Below the pieces are notes generated by a model. It searched no databases, was not told the DNA's origin, and was given only the letters and a program-made list of their open reading frames with translations. From assembly GCA_019058365.1 (NCBI GenBank), contig JAHPZE010000005.1, positions 185,751 to 249,750 of the forward strand: DNA of 64,000 nucleotides. The letters are read 5' to 3'. This document shows, piece after piece, positions 19,297-28,803 of this stretch; within the stretch, counting starts at the first letter, position 1, and each line of letters opens with the position of its first letter. Both the position numbers and the translations under genes were made by a program. Origin of the DNA: Promethearchaeota archaeon. Lineage in GTDB: Archaea > Asgardarchaeota > Lokiarchaeia > Sigyniarchaeales > SOKP01.

Positions 19297-19884
19297 TTGA
19301 ATATGATTGAATCTACAAATTTCAGGCAAATTAATGAAATCGAGAAAGAAATCATATCTAAATCGTTATCTAAAATTTCTCCTAAAATTATGCAAATTTT
19401 AATAAGATCTAAGAAAAAGTTATATATTTCACTAATCGAGTCAAATTTGAAAACAAATTACCCTACTATTTACTTGATATCCAATGAATCTTTAAACCGA
19501 TTAGATTTAATTGAATTTAAAACTAAGATTTATTCAGCGGGGTTATACTTTGGGTTCATAAAAAAGGGAGATTTTTATTTTAGCTTAGAAGGTGCAGAAT
19601 TTCTATACAAACAAGGAATTTTTTCTGAATTTAAACGTCTACATCTAAATATTAAGGGAGAAAAATCAGTTTTATATGGAAACAATATTTTAAAGAATAT
19701 GGTTATTAAGACGCCCTCTAATCTACAAAAAGGGGATTTCTTATTAATTTTTAACAATATGAACGAAATTCTAGCTATAGCACAATCTAAAGTTGATAGC
19801 ATAGTTATACAACATCTTAAACCTAATGATATTATTGCTTTTACTTTAAACGATAAGGGTATCTATTTGAGAGAAAAGCAATGA
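19297..19884 (+). CDS. Nip7-like PUA-domain ribosome biogenesis protein
   Basis: YSAGLYFG, GEKSVLYGNNILK and DKGIYLRE are typical of Nip7/UPF0113. Confidence 0.85.
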   Translation: MNMIESTNFRQINEIEKEIISKSLSKISPKIMQILIRSKKKLYISLIESNLKTNYPTIYLISNESLNRLDLIEFKTKIYSAGLYFGFIKKGDFYFSLEGAEFLYKQGIFSEFKRLHLNIKGEKSVLYGNNILKNMVIKTPSNLQKGDFLLIFNNMNEILAIAQSKVDSIVIQHLKPNDIIAFTLNDKGIYLREKQ

Positions 19885-19925
19885 ATAAAAAAAATAGATT
19901 TCTTGTTTATTTATTAAATATTATA

Positions 19926-19958
19926 AAAGGGAGGATTTCACCCACTAATACTCCCTTT
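19926..19958. terminator. Hairpin between convergent genes
   Basis: 8-bp stem AAAGGGAG...CTCCCTTT, extended by 3 bp after one mismatch. Confidence 0.3.
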
Positions 19959-20160
19959 CAACCTTTAATAATATTAGTATATGAATTTTTTTATCTTCTG
20001 TATATTTAAAATTAATAGGACCAAATTTCTACAAAATTTTCATATAAAAAAATACCAATTATTTCAAAATCTCGATTTGGATAGAATAGTAGCTCAAAAT
20101 CTTGTCGATATAGGTTGTTATCTTAGGGATCATCAGTGATAAATGAAAAACGGAAAAATT

Positions 20161-21489
20161 TTAAAGCTCCTCTTTAGGTTCATAGTTCAAAGATTTAGGA
20201 TCTTCAGAGTTTATTTCTTTCATTTCATTTTCTAACTCATTATACAGTGAAAAAAACTCTGTACTCACATTTATAGGAGATTTCTGCAACTCTGTTTTAA
20301 TAAAATTATACTCCATCTCATCGAGGAAAATCTCTTTAAAAGCACTTTCTAACTCTAAAGGTATTTTTGCATATTCTCCCGATAGATTTAAGGTTTGCTT
20401 TTTACTAGTAATCATCTTGCTTGGAAAATTTGAGAAGTATTTTTCTATCAATTCATAGGCAGAATCATATTTTTCCCTATCTATACATGATTCCTTTAAC
20501 TCCTTTTCGAAATTCGTTTGAAACTCTTTTGAAAATCCAACAACAGATTCTCTTAATAATTTAGATGATTTAGACGAAACTAAACCAACAGAGATCAATT
20601 CAGACTCATATAATATAATGATACCTTCTTCTAATTTGATATCCAATAACCCACCCATATTTATAACTTCTTTGCTCATAAGTTGCACAGCATTCAGAAA
20701 TCCTGTAAAAATTGATTCACTTAAGCTAGAACGAAACCAATCATGACAGAATAATGGATTTCCTTTTTGATCTCTTACAACAATCCTATTTACTGTAAAT
20801 GGTAAAATGTAAAGGAGTTTAGGCTCTTTTAATATTCCTAAACACACAACTAAGTTTCCTAAACCGGTAGTTCCATAAGCAAATAGAATATAAATTGGAT
20901 TCCAATAATAGAAAAGGTATATAATTAAAGTTAAAGGGCCATTTATTATAGTTCCTATAAAAAATATGAGCGCATTTCTTTTTATCAAAAATGGAGCATT
21001 CAACCAAGTTTTTAATCCCCAATAAAACGATGCACTACCAACAAAGAATATAAAAAATGAACCCCCCAATTCATATAATCCCATCCAATTCATATTTAAA
21101 TATCCTCCCTCAATTTCAATTCCGACAGCTCCAGGTTGAAATGCGAGGTAATAATATAAAACACCTAAACCAACTGCTATAACTAAGAAAGGTGAATTAG
21201 ATGTTTCTTTAATCGTGTAATTGATCCCAATCGCAAAAAACATTGCACTAGGAAATAGCATAAGGCCACAAATCCGAGAAAGTAGTGTGTTTAAAAAAAG
21301 ATTTGCTAGCAAGTCAAAAGTAAAGAGCATGCCCATAAAAAAGAGAGCTAATCTAATATAAGATAAAGATCTTACTTTCTTTGTTCTCGGAGTAATGTAC
21401 ATTAATAGAGTAGCTATTAGGATAATTACACTCGTGAAGATTTCAACAATTACTTCAGGCGTCCAATTTAATATCATATTCCCTTTCAC
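20161..21489 (-). CDS. Seven-TM membrane protein fused to a cytoplasmic longin-like domain
   Basis: Seven hydrophobic segments in aa ~10-222, followed by IFTGFLNAVQLMSKEV...SVGLVSSKSSKLLRES...FSKEF. Confidence 0.7.
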   Translation of the reverse strand: MKGNMILNWTPEVIVEIFTSVIILIATLLMYITPRTKKVRSLSYIRLALFFMGMLFTFDLLANLFLNTLLSRICGLMLFPSAMFFAIGINYTIKETSNSPFLVIAVGLGVLYYYLAFQPGAVGIEIEGGYLNMNWMGLYELGGSFFIFFVGSASFYWGLKTWLNAPFLIKRNALIFFIGTIINGPLTLIIYLFYYWNPIYILFAYGTTGLGNLVVCLGILKEPKLLYILPFTVNRIVVRDQKGNPLFCHDWFRSSLSESIFTGFLNAVQLMSKEVINMGGLLDIKLEEGIIILYESELISVGLVSSKSSKLLRESVVGFSKEFQTNFEKELKESCIDREKYDSAYELIEKYFSNFPSKMITSKKQTLNLSGEYAKIPLELESAFKEIFLDEMEYNFIKTELQKSPINVSTEFFSLYNELENEMKEINSEDPKSLNYEPKEEL

Positions 21490-21513
21490 ATTATTAATTA
21501 ATTTAAATCAATT

Positions 21514-22431
21514 TTAATTTAAACTTATTTTGGTATTATTTAATATATTAATAATATCCTCTTGTTTATGAGGGTTTAAATAAACCTCTTTACTTAGATC
21601 TTCTCTAGAGCAAATTAAATCGTATTTAATTAAACTTTTTAGTCTGTAATTGACTAATTCTCGTTTCTCATCTATTAATTTAAAAATTTCTGAATTTTTA
21701 ATTGAATTTTGTGTTGTTAATAAGTCTATAATTTTCCTATTTATCTCATCTCTTAATAAAAAACTAATTATTCCTAACTCAACTTCCATCTCAATGGGAA
21801 GAAACACTGTATAATTTCCTACTTTAATTTTATTGATATAATTAAATTTTAATAACATCTCTAAATGCCATACTAATTGTCCTGAACTTCCTGAATCAGC
21901 AGATAACGCCTTCTTTCTTAAAATTGAAAAGTGTATACCAGGATTCACCCTAATATAATTATAAATCCCTCTTCTAGTAGGATTTGAAAGAACAGTTTCC
22001 CTTGAAAACTTTGAACCTTCAACCAAGATTTTTTTATTTATTAAAAATTGTATTATAAATAAGAGTCCAGTTCTAGGTAATTTCAATCTTTTTTTTGCTA
22101 TATTGTAGAGAGTTTCCACATCTAATATTTTGTTTTTTTTCATAATCTCCTCAGCTATCCCTATAACACTCTTCACACTAGGATGCTCTAATCCTATAGG
22201 CTTAGATGTAATCTGGGGTTTCATAATAGAGATAACCAAATGTATTATTTGATTGAGTCTTACGCAGTATTCTTGAAATTCAGGGGTTTCAAGAATTTCA
22301 AGTTTTAATAATTTCCTAATATTGGCGTCTTTTATACTTCTGTTAAGAATTCTATAAAGATTGCTACTTAATAAATATAGACATAAAACATCACTGAAAA
22401 CATGTAAATTAGAAATAACTCTTAACTTCAT
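21514..22431 (-). CDS. Tandem winged-helix transcriptional regulator (true start probably MKPQITS)
   Basis: NPTRRGIYNYIRVNPGIHFS...LVWHLEML followed by a second wHTH. Confidence 0.8.
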   Translation of the reverse strand: MKLRVISNLHVFSDVLCLYLLSSNLYRILNRSIKDANIRKLLKLEILETPEFQEYCVRLNQIIHLVISIMKPQITSKPIGLEHPSVKSVIGIAEEIMKKNKILDVETLYNIAKKRLKLPRTGLLFIIQFLINKKILVEGSKFSRETVLSNPTRRGIYNYIRVNPGIHFSILRKKALSADSGSSGQLVWHLEMLLKFNYINKIKVGNYTVFLPIEMEVELGIISFLLRDEINRKIIDLLTTQNSIKNSEIFKLIDEKRELVNYRLKSLIKYDLICSREDLSKEVYLNPHKQEDIINILNNTKISLN

Positions 22432-22543
22432 TGTTTATTAGACTCAAAATAACAAGGAGGATTCCTTTAAAACTGCAATTTACAAATTATTTGTAATTTA
22501 TTTTATCCTATAAATTCATATAGACCAAATTTCACTAAATGTA

Positions 22544-23449
22544 TCAGTCTTCCTTTTTAATAAGACAGAAATAAAAACCTATGGTATCATGAAGGTGAGG
22601 ATACAAACGTTGTGAGAACTTTAAATCTTCTAATAAATCAACTCCAAAAACGTTAGTTAATCCTCTCATGCCGTAATTTTTAGAAATTTCAATAATATCA
22701 AAACCATTGAACTTGTTCAATATTTCATTAATAACTAACTCATTTTCTTCGGGGGCAATAGTACATGTACAATATAAAAGCATCCCTCCTGAATTTAATG
22801 CTTTCAATCCTGCAGTTAATAATCTTTTTTGAATTAAAGACATTTTTTCAATATCTTTCATTTGTTTACTTTTTTTCCTACTTGGATCTTGTCTTATTAA
22901 TCCTTCTCCTGTACATGGAGCATCTAATAGAATTTTATCGGCTTTAATATTTAAATCTGATAAATTTATAGCATCCATATTAATTACAATTGAATTGGTA
23001 ATTCCCATTCTTCTTAAATTAACTTCTAAAGCGGGAATTCGATTGGTATTTTTATCAATTAAAATAAGTATACCTTCATTTCCCATAAGTTGAGCTAAAT
23101 GAGTTGATTTGCTTCCAGGAGCTGCACACATGTCAATTACTATATCATTTGGTTTAGGATCGAGAATAATAGCTGAAAACATTGAAGCTACATTTTGTAA
23201 ATAATAATAACCTTGTAGAAATTCATGAGAAGATCCTAAATTGGAACCTTCTTTAACAACATTAAACCCATAAGGAATCCATTCAATTGATTCTAACTCG
23301 TTTCCTTTCTTTTCGAGGCGCTTTTTTAAATCTAAAACGGATATTTTTATAGTATTAACTCTTATCGAGAGCTTTAACGGAAGTTCATTTGCTTCTAATA
23401 ATTTTATTGTTTCATCTATTCCTAAAAATTGGATATACCTATCTATCAT
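22544..23449 (-). CDS. RsmB/NOP2-family RNA m5C methyltransferase
   Basis: IRVNT, DMCAAPGSKS, ILLDAPCTGEG and YCTCTIAPEENE. The open frame extends upstream of the ATG to 23527. Confidence 0.95.
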   Translation of the reverse strand: MIDRYIQFLGIDETIKLLEANELPLKLSIRVNTIKISVLDLKKRLEKKGNELESIEWIPYGFNVVKEGSNLGSSHEFLQGYYYLQNVASMFSAIILDPKPNDIVIDMCAAPGSKSTHLAQLMGNEGILILIDKNTNRIPALEVNLRRMGITNSIVINMDAINLSDLNIKADKILLDAPCTGEGLIRQDPSRKKSKQMKDIEKMSLIQKRLLTAGLKALNSGGMLLYCTCTIAPEENELVINEILNKFNGFDIIEISKNYGMRGLTNVFGVDLLEDLKFSQRLYPHLHDTIGFYFCLIKKED

Positions 23450-23591
23450 ATAAGGTAAATAGTTATATTTTCCAGCGAGTCTTCTAATAATATTAAGCGA
23501 TTCTGAAATAATTATTTCAACTCGAGTTTAATCCATTAATACTAATAAAAAATAGTTAATTATATTTATTATCAGAAATGAAAAAAATAGT

Positions 23592-24191
23592 ATGATTGAA
23601 GTAGAAATTAAAGTTAGAATTTCAGATCCAGCAATAATTAGAAAAAAATTCGAAGAAAATAAAAGTATATATAAAGTATCATTATTACATGAAGATACCT
23701 ATTTTAATATGCCAAAAGGATTAAGAGATTTTAAAGAAACAGATGAAGCTTTAAGATTAAGGAAATCTATTGAATTTAATAAAATTAAGGAAGCTAATAA
23801 ACAGATAATTAACTATTACATTACTTATAAAGGCAAAAAATTAGATAATTCTACAAAAACTCGTGAAGAGATAGATATTAAGATTGAAGATATTGAAAGA
23901 ATGAAGATTTTATTGAAAGAACTAGGTTTCCAAGAGATTCTTACTGTTAAAAAGGAAAGAGAACTATATGAATTTGAATTTAAAACCTATCATATTGAAG
24001 CTTTAATAGATTATTTGCCAATTTTAGACCAATATTATATAGAAATTGAATGTTTGTTGAATACTTCTCAAAATATTGAAGCCTCTAAAGAAGTTTTATT
24101 CGATTTTTTGAGTTTATTTGGAATTAAAAAGGAAGAATCAATACGAAAATCATATTTAGAACTAATTGCTGACAACTTAAAAACAATTTAA
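23592..24191 (+). CDS. cyaB: CYTH-domain protein (class IV adenylate cyclase-like)
   Basis: EVEIK, DTYF, ALRLR, TYKG, KKERE, IEIE and KSYLEL motifs. Confidence 0.9.
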   Translation: MIEVEIKVRISDPAIIRKKFEENKSIYKVSLLHEDTYFNMPKGLRDFKETDEALRLRKSIEFNKIKEANKQIINYYITYKGKKLDNSTKTREEIDIKIEDIERMKILLKELGFQEILTVKKERELYEFEFKTYHIEALIDYLPILDQYYIEIECLLNTSQNIEASKEVLFDFLSLFGIKKEESIRKSYLELIADNLKTI

Positions 24192-24196
24192 AGAAA

Positions 24197-24228
24197 AATT
24201 GAGTATATTCATAAGAATATACTCAATT
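24197..24228. terminator. Perfect 14-bp hairpin between convergent genes
   Basis: AATTGAGTATATTC-ATAA-GAATATACTCAATT. Confidence 0.5.
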
Positions 24229-24264
24229 AGGAAATGGAAAAGATATAATCTTGATTTTTAGTTT

Positions 24265-24453
24265 TTATTTAGTTAGTAATTTATCTAGAAATGCTATTTT
24301 TTTATCTATTTCGTGCTTAACCTTAGAAATATCATAATTCTCATATATAGTTTTTATAAGATTTTTTTGAATAGATTTTGAATTCTTGGATATATCTTGA
24401 ACTAAATCCAAAAATTCTAAGTAATTGGTATCTATTCGAACTCTAGCTTCCAT
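24265..24453 (-). CDS. Small hypothetical protein
   Basis: 62-aa ORF with ATG start, preceded by GTGAG. Confidence 0.5.
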   Translation of the reverse strand: MEARVRIDTNYLEFLDLVQDISKNSKSIQKNLIKTIYENYDISKVKHEIDKKIAFLDKLLTK

Positions 24454-24580
24454 TATATCTCACTACTTACAAGATAATCAAAAAAGAATAAAAATGAAAT
24501 GGGGTCCAATTTTTAGAATTAAACTTGAATTATAGAAAGCTATTAATTAAGATATTAATAAAGATAGATTTTTTCGAATT

Positions 24581-25300
24581 TTATTTATGTCTTTTATTTT
24601 TACGTGGGGGTGATTTTGGTGGTTTTGGTGATGGGGGTGATGCAGGAGACGCTGGTGGTGCTGGTGGTTTCCCAATTTCTTCGATTACTTGTTTCAAGGG
24701 CATTCCATAGGTAAAAACAAAATAAGGCTTTTCAACCTGGATACCGTTAAATTCAATGTCTATTTTATTCAATTTATCAGCAAATTCTTTATAGAGCTGC
24801 ATTGCCTTTTTAAATTGCTCTTTGTTAAAAAAGAACATAGTACTAAAACCATCATCTTCCTGCATAAATTCTTTTAAATGTTCATATCCTTTCTTTTCTT
24901 TTTCAAGTTTTTCAAAGAATTTCTTGTAAAATTTAAGAATTCTAATAGCAGAGTTCAAATATGTCACGTAAAAATCAAACATATCTTTGTTTACTTCTTC
25001 TAAACTAGAGTCAGTGTTTTCAAGCATTTTTTGATATCCAGGTTTTAAAGAAAAAAATTTTTTCAAAATATTACCTCTTACTTTTTCCTCTCGGGAGACC
25101 TCAATTAGACCCGCTCCCATCAATTTTTCTAAATGATGATGGATAGTAGATTTACTTCTACTCAGTATATCCGTTAGCTCAGTCAAACTCAATTCAGGAT
25201 AAAGATTGAATAATGTAAAGATACGGAATCGAATTTCACTTTTTAAAACATTGATAATTGAAGAATCATTACCATTGGATTTTTTATCATTAATAGTCAT
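24581..25300 (-). CDS. ArsR-like winged-helix regulator with a Pro-rich tail
   Basis: LSLTELTDILSRSKSTIHHHLEKLMGAGLI; tail PPAPPASPASPPSPKPPKSPP. Confidence 0.85.
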   Translation of the reverse strand: MTINDKKSNGNDSSIINVLKSEIRFRIFTLFNLYPELSLTELTDILSRSKSTIHHHLEKLMGAGLIEVSREEKVRGNILKKFFSLKPGYQKMLENTDSSLEEVNKDMFDFYVTYLNSAIRILKFYKKFFEKLEKEKKGYEHLKEFMQEDDGFSTMFFFNKEQFKKAMQLYKEFADKLNKIDIEFNGIQVEKPYFVFTYGMPLKQVIEEIGKPPAPPASPASPPSPKPPKSPPRKNKRHK

Positions 25301-25383
25301 TTTACTAAATATATATGTTTTATATTATTTATATTTTTCGAACATTAGAAAAATTTTGAAAAACGAAACATTTAAATATATTA

Positions 25384-25408
25384 CGTTCTATAATATTATT
25401 ATAAAACG
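25384..25408. promoter_or_regulatory. Palindromic operator candidate upstream of the ArsR-like gene
   Basis: CGTTCTATAATA-T-TATTATAAAACG (arms match 11/12). Confidence 0.4.
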
Positions 25409-25538
25409 AACGTTTGAAAAAAATGAAAAGAATCGAATAAAAAAATGGTGAAAAAAGAAATGAATACAAAAAAATTAGAAGGAAAAGAATTAATAATTAT
25501 TAGAAATATGTATTTTGCTATAATTCATTAAATTTTTT

Positions 25539-25820
25539 TTATTTTTTTTTTAAATCGCTGTATTCCCCATCCATAATTCTTGCCATATATTGTCTCCCTT
25601 TTATTATCCACATGATCTTATGTCCTTCCCTTGCCTTCTTGCCCCATTCTGATTTTTTATTGCGGTTTTGTTCGATATATCGATATCCAAAAAGATCCAC
25701 ATATTTTACTCCACTTGAAAACTTTTTAATTAGATATTCAATCTCATCAATTTCAACGCTTTTTTTACGTTCAAATATAGCCTTAAATATTTTCAATCCA
25801 TTTTCTTTTAAATTTTCCAT
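25539..25820 (-). CDS. Hypothetical protein
   Basis: 93 aa with the motif-like stretch YIEQN...SEWGKKAREGHKIMW. Confidence 0.7.
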   Translation of the reverse strand: MENLKENGLKIFKAIFERKKSVEIDEIEYLIKKFSSGVKYVDLFGYRYIEQNRNKKSEWGKKAREGHKIMWIIKGRQYMARIMDGEYSDLKKK

Positions 25821-26173
25821 ATTTTTGACCCACCCTAAATAATTATCGTGTCTTGTACTATGATTTTTTCTTTCTATTCTTATCTTTCATAATTTCAATA
25901 TATTGAAAATGAATTAGTGTTTTCTTCTATTTTCTGATCTCTAAAGTTTAATTTCTTAACAAGTATTAACTTTTAAACGGTAATATTATTTATTGATTCA
26001 AAATATTAAGTATTTTTTAATATTATCTTTTAAATATTATTTTGTCTAAAAATTTAAATGTTTGTTAAGTTATGTTAAACCAAATGAAAAAAGAAAGAAG
26101 TAAAATTCTTAAAACGGATTGTTAAATTTCATCTAATTTTTCTTCAAAAAATATCTTAAAACTGAAGTATTTT

Positions 26174-27547
26174 ATGGTTTATTTTGAGATTAATAGCTTA
26201 GGATTTAATTGTGGCAAAATTAAGGAAAAGTGTTCAAAATACCCTAAATTCTGTATGCCTTGCATTAAAAATAAATTAAAGCAATTAGGGTTTGAAATAG
26301 ATTCTAATTTAAAAGTATTTGAAGTTGATTCTCACGAACGTCGCGCTAAAATGAAACAAGAATTAATCTGGCGCAAATTTTTAGATGTTTTAAATATAAA
26401 ACATGTTATAGTTATAGATAAAGAATCCGGGTTAACATTACTGAATTATCCGGTTTCGGGAGAAGAAATTAATGCAGATTTGTTGAGTGGATTCATTCAA
26501 GCAAATATAACATTCTCTGAGTCACACAAAGGTTCATATAAAAATTTAAAATCAGTAAGATCTTATAATTTTTATGAATTTCAATACCAAAACTTCAATA
26601 TTCTTTTGAGAGATGGAGAATTTATAAGACTCTGCTTAATGCTTGATAACCAAGCCTCTGAAAATATGAGAAATCAAGTTTTACATTTCATCCCAGAATT
26701 TGAAGAAATATTCCAGCAAGAATTAATCAATTTTAGAACAGCTGGAATGTTTTATTTTAAAAATATGATTGATTACATTATTGATTCCTTTGAAATTAAA
26801 TTAATTTTTCCCATGACTTTGACTCAATCGATCGCTCCAAATATTTTAGATAGTATTAATCAAAATCAAATTCAAAACGCTACTTTTAATATTGCTAAGG
26901 ATTTACTCGCTTCAAAATCATTCTTTTTTATAAACAATTTACTAAATCAAGTAAAGAAAATTGTTAACTTAGAGACGAATGTTATTTTATATGAGATATA
27001 TCAATTATTAGAGAATAAGATCATAATTCCTACAAAATTAGAAGCAGCTGTGAGTAATTTGGAAATGCTTCAAGAAACTAAAGAAGAAAAAATTGCAAAG
27101 TATAAACCTATTTCGTCTATAATCATAACAGATTTAGATTTTGAAGAATTAAAAGAAAAAGTTGAAGATATGGATGAGAGTTCAGCAATTAATGTTATTA
27201 TGGAACTAGTCAATAAAGGTAAAGCTGCTGAGAAGGCTCTAGCTTATCAAATAGGAGAGAAGGAATATAAGAAAGCTCTATTTCTTGCAAGAGAATTTAA
27301 TTTAAAAAGCGAAATTGACCGGATTTCAAACATGTTGCTGGAATTAAATAAACAAGTTAAACAAATAGAGCTAAACTTTAATATAAAAGCAGGAGAAAAT
27401 GCTGAAAAAAGTGGTGATTACATTAATAGCATTCAGCGTTATCAAAAAGCATTAAAAATACTCGAAGGTTTTTTAATATATAATATTTCTGATTCTCGAA
27501 TTAAAAAATTGAAAAAAAAAATTATTAAACTCCGTGAAGCGATATAA
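26174..27547 (+). CDS. Longin-like domain protein with Cys-rich N-terminus and C-terminal helical (TPR-like) repeats
   Basis: VIVIDKESGLTL...ADLLSGFIQANITFS is an Asgard longin-type motif. GEKEYKKAL and SIQRYQKAL look like helical repeats. Confidence 0.7.
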   Translation: MVYFEINSLGFNCGKIKEKCSKYPKFCMPCIKNKLKQLGFEIDSNLKVFEVDSHERRAKMKQELIWRKFLDVLNIKHVIVIDKESGLTLLNYPVSGEEINADLLSGFIQANITFSESHKGSYKNLKSVRSYNFYEFQYQNFNILLRDGEFIRLCLMLDNQASENMRNQVLHFIPEFEEIFQQELINFRTAGMFYFKNMIDYIIDSFEIKLIFPMTLTQSIAPNILDSINQNQIQNATFNIAKDLLASKSFFFINNLLNQVKKIVNLETNVILYEIYQLLENKIIIPTKLEAAVSNLEMLQETKEEKIAKYKPISSIIITDLDFEELKEKVEDMDESSAINVIMELVNKGKAAEKALAYQIGEKEYKKALFLAREFNLKSEIDRISNMLLELNKQVKQIELNFNIKAGENAEKSGDYINSIQRYQKALKILEGFLIYNISDSRIKKLKKKIIKLREAI

Positions 27548-27556
27548 CTAATTAGA

Positions 27557-28693
27557 TTATTCTACATCCAATCTCACAACATCATGATGACAAACTGATA
27601 ACGATGATTCAGAGGGAGCAATTAACCTCACATTATCTAAAACTTCCACAAAAGAAGAAAGAATTACCAAGTTCTCATTATTTCCAACTATCTGGACATC
27701 ATCATGAAGTAGACAATTATCTGCTATTATAGCTTTTTCACATTTAACATTTTCAGAGATGTAAGTCCCGTTATAAATTAACGTGTCTTTAATTTCTGTA
27801 TTTGCTCCAATATACACATTATTTCCAATTATTGTATTTGGTCCGATTTGACAATTTTTTCTTATAACAACATTTTCTCCAATAGCGACGGGTGGTTTTA
27901 TCAAAACTTTACCCTCAACATCTAGATTCTTTCCAATTAGATTTTCATTTTTCGATTGTTGGTTTTTTAACAATTCATTCATTAATTGAATATTACCTTC
28001 CAATAATTCTTCTGGTTTGCCAATATCTCTCCAAACACCTGATATTGAATAATAATGTAATTTATTTTCTCTCGCAAGATTTGGAAATACATTCCTTTCA
28101 ATTGATACTTTCTTTTGAGGTTCAATATATTGAAATACCTCGGGTTCTAAAAGGTAAATGCCTGCATTGATATGCATCGGGATACATTTACCATCTGTGG
28201 GATTATATTCATTTTTTTCAAGAAATTGTAATATTTTGTTTGTATCTTCTTCTACAATTAAAACACCATATCTAGAGGGATCAGGAACAACTCTGCTTCC
28301 AATTAAGCCTACTCCTTTATGTTTTTCATGAGCTTTGATCATTTCTTTAAGATCAAAGTTTAATATAATATCTCCATTCAACATGAAGAAGTTTTCATCT
28401 TTTAGGTAGTCTTCAGCTAATTTTATAGCTCCAGCAGTTCCTAAAGGATTTTTCTCATCAGTATATTTTATATTTACTCCAAGTCTTTCTCCATTTTTAA
28501 AGTAATTCTTAAGCACATCAGACATTACACTGACAGCTAAGATTATTTCATCAATCCCAACAGTTTTTAATAACAAGATTTGTCTTTCTATCACTGGTTT
28601 ATTAACCACAGGTATCAAGCTCTTAGGGATAGTACAAGTTAAAGGACGTAAACGGGTTCCCCAGCCTCCAGATACAATTATTCCTTTTGTCAT
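27557..28693 (-). CDS. NDP-sugar pyrophosphorylase (mannose-1-phosphate guanylyltransferase-like)
   Basis: GGWGTRLRPLT...PK, PLGTAGA, and a C-terminal hexapeptide beta-helix. Confidence 0.9.
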   Translation of the reverse strand: MTKGIIVSGGWGTRLRPLTCTIPKSLIPVVNKPVIERQILLLKTVGIDEIILAVSVMSDVLKNYFKNGERLGVNIKYTDEKNPLGTAGAIKLAEDYLKDENFFMLNGDIILNFDLKEMIKAHEKHKGVGLIGSRVVPDPSRYGVLIVEEDTNKILQFLEKNEYNPTDGKCIPMHINAGIYLLEPEVFQYIEPQKKVSIERNVFPNLARENKLHYYSISGVWRDIGKPEELLEGNIQLMNELLKNQQSKNENLIGKNLDVEGKVLIKPPVAIGENVVIRKNCQIGPNTIIGNNVYIGANTEIKDTLIYNGTYISENVKCEKAIIADNCLLHDDVQIVGNNENLVILSSFVEVLDNVRLIAPSESSLSVCHHDVVRLDVE

Positions 28694-28803
28694 TTCTATA
28701 ATTTAGTGTGGATTTATAAAAATCTTGTTTTCTAATATATTTTTAAGGAATTAACACAGAAATTAAAATTTATTTAATACTCATCTAAAGGAATAAAAGA
28801 AGT

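Noticed and set aside
23500-23536. Second BHB intron at the 5' end of the RsmB/NOP2 gene (ATG GAT TAA followed by palindromes)
   Set aside because: The BHB registers I tried excise 25 or 28 nt or keep the stop codon, so none restores the frame. A near-cognate start is more plausible.
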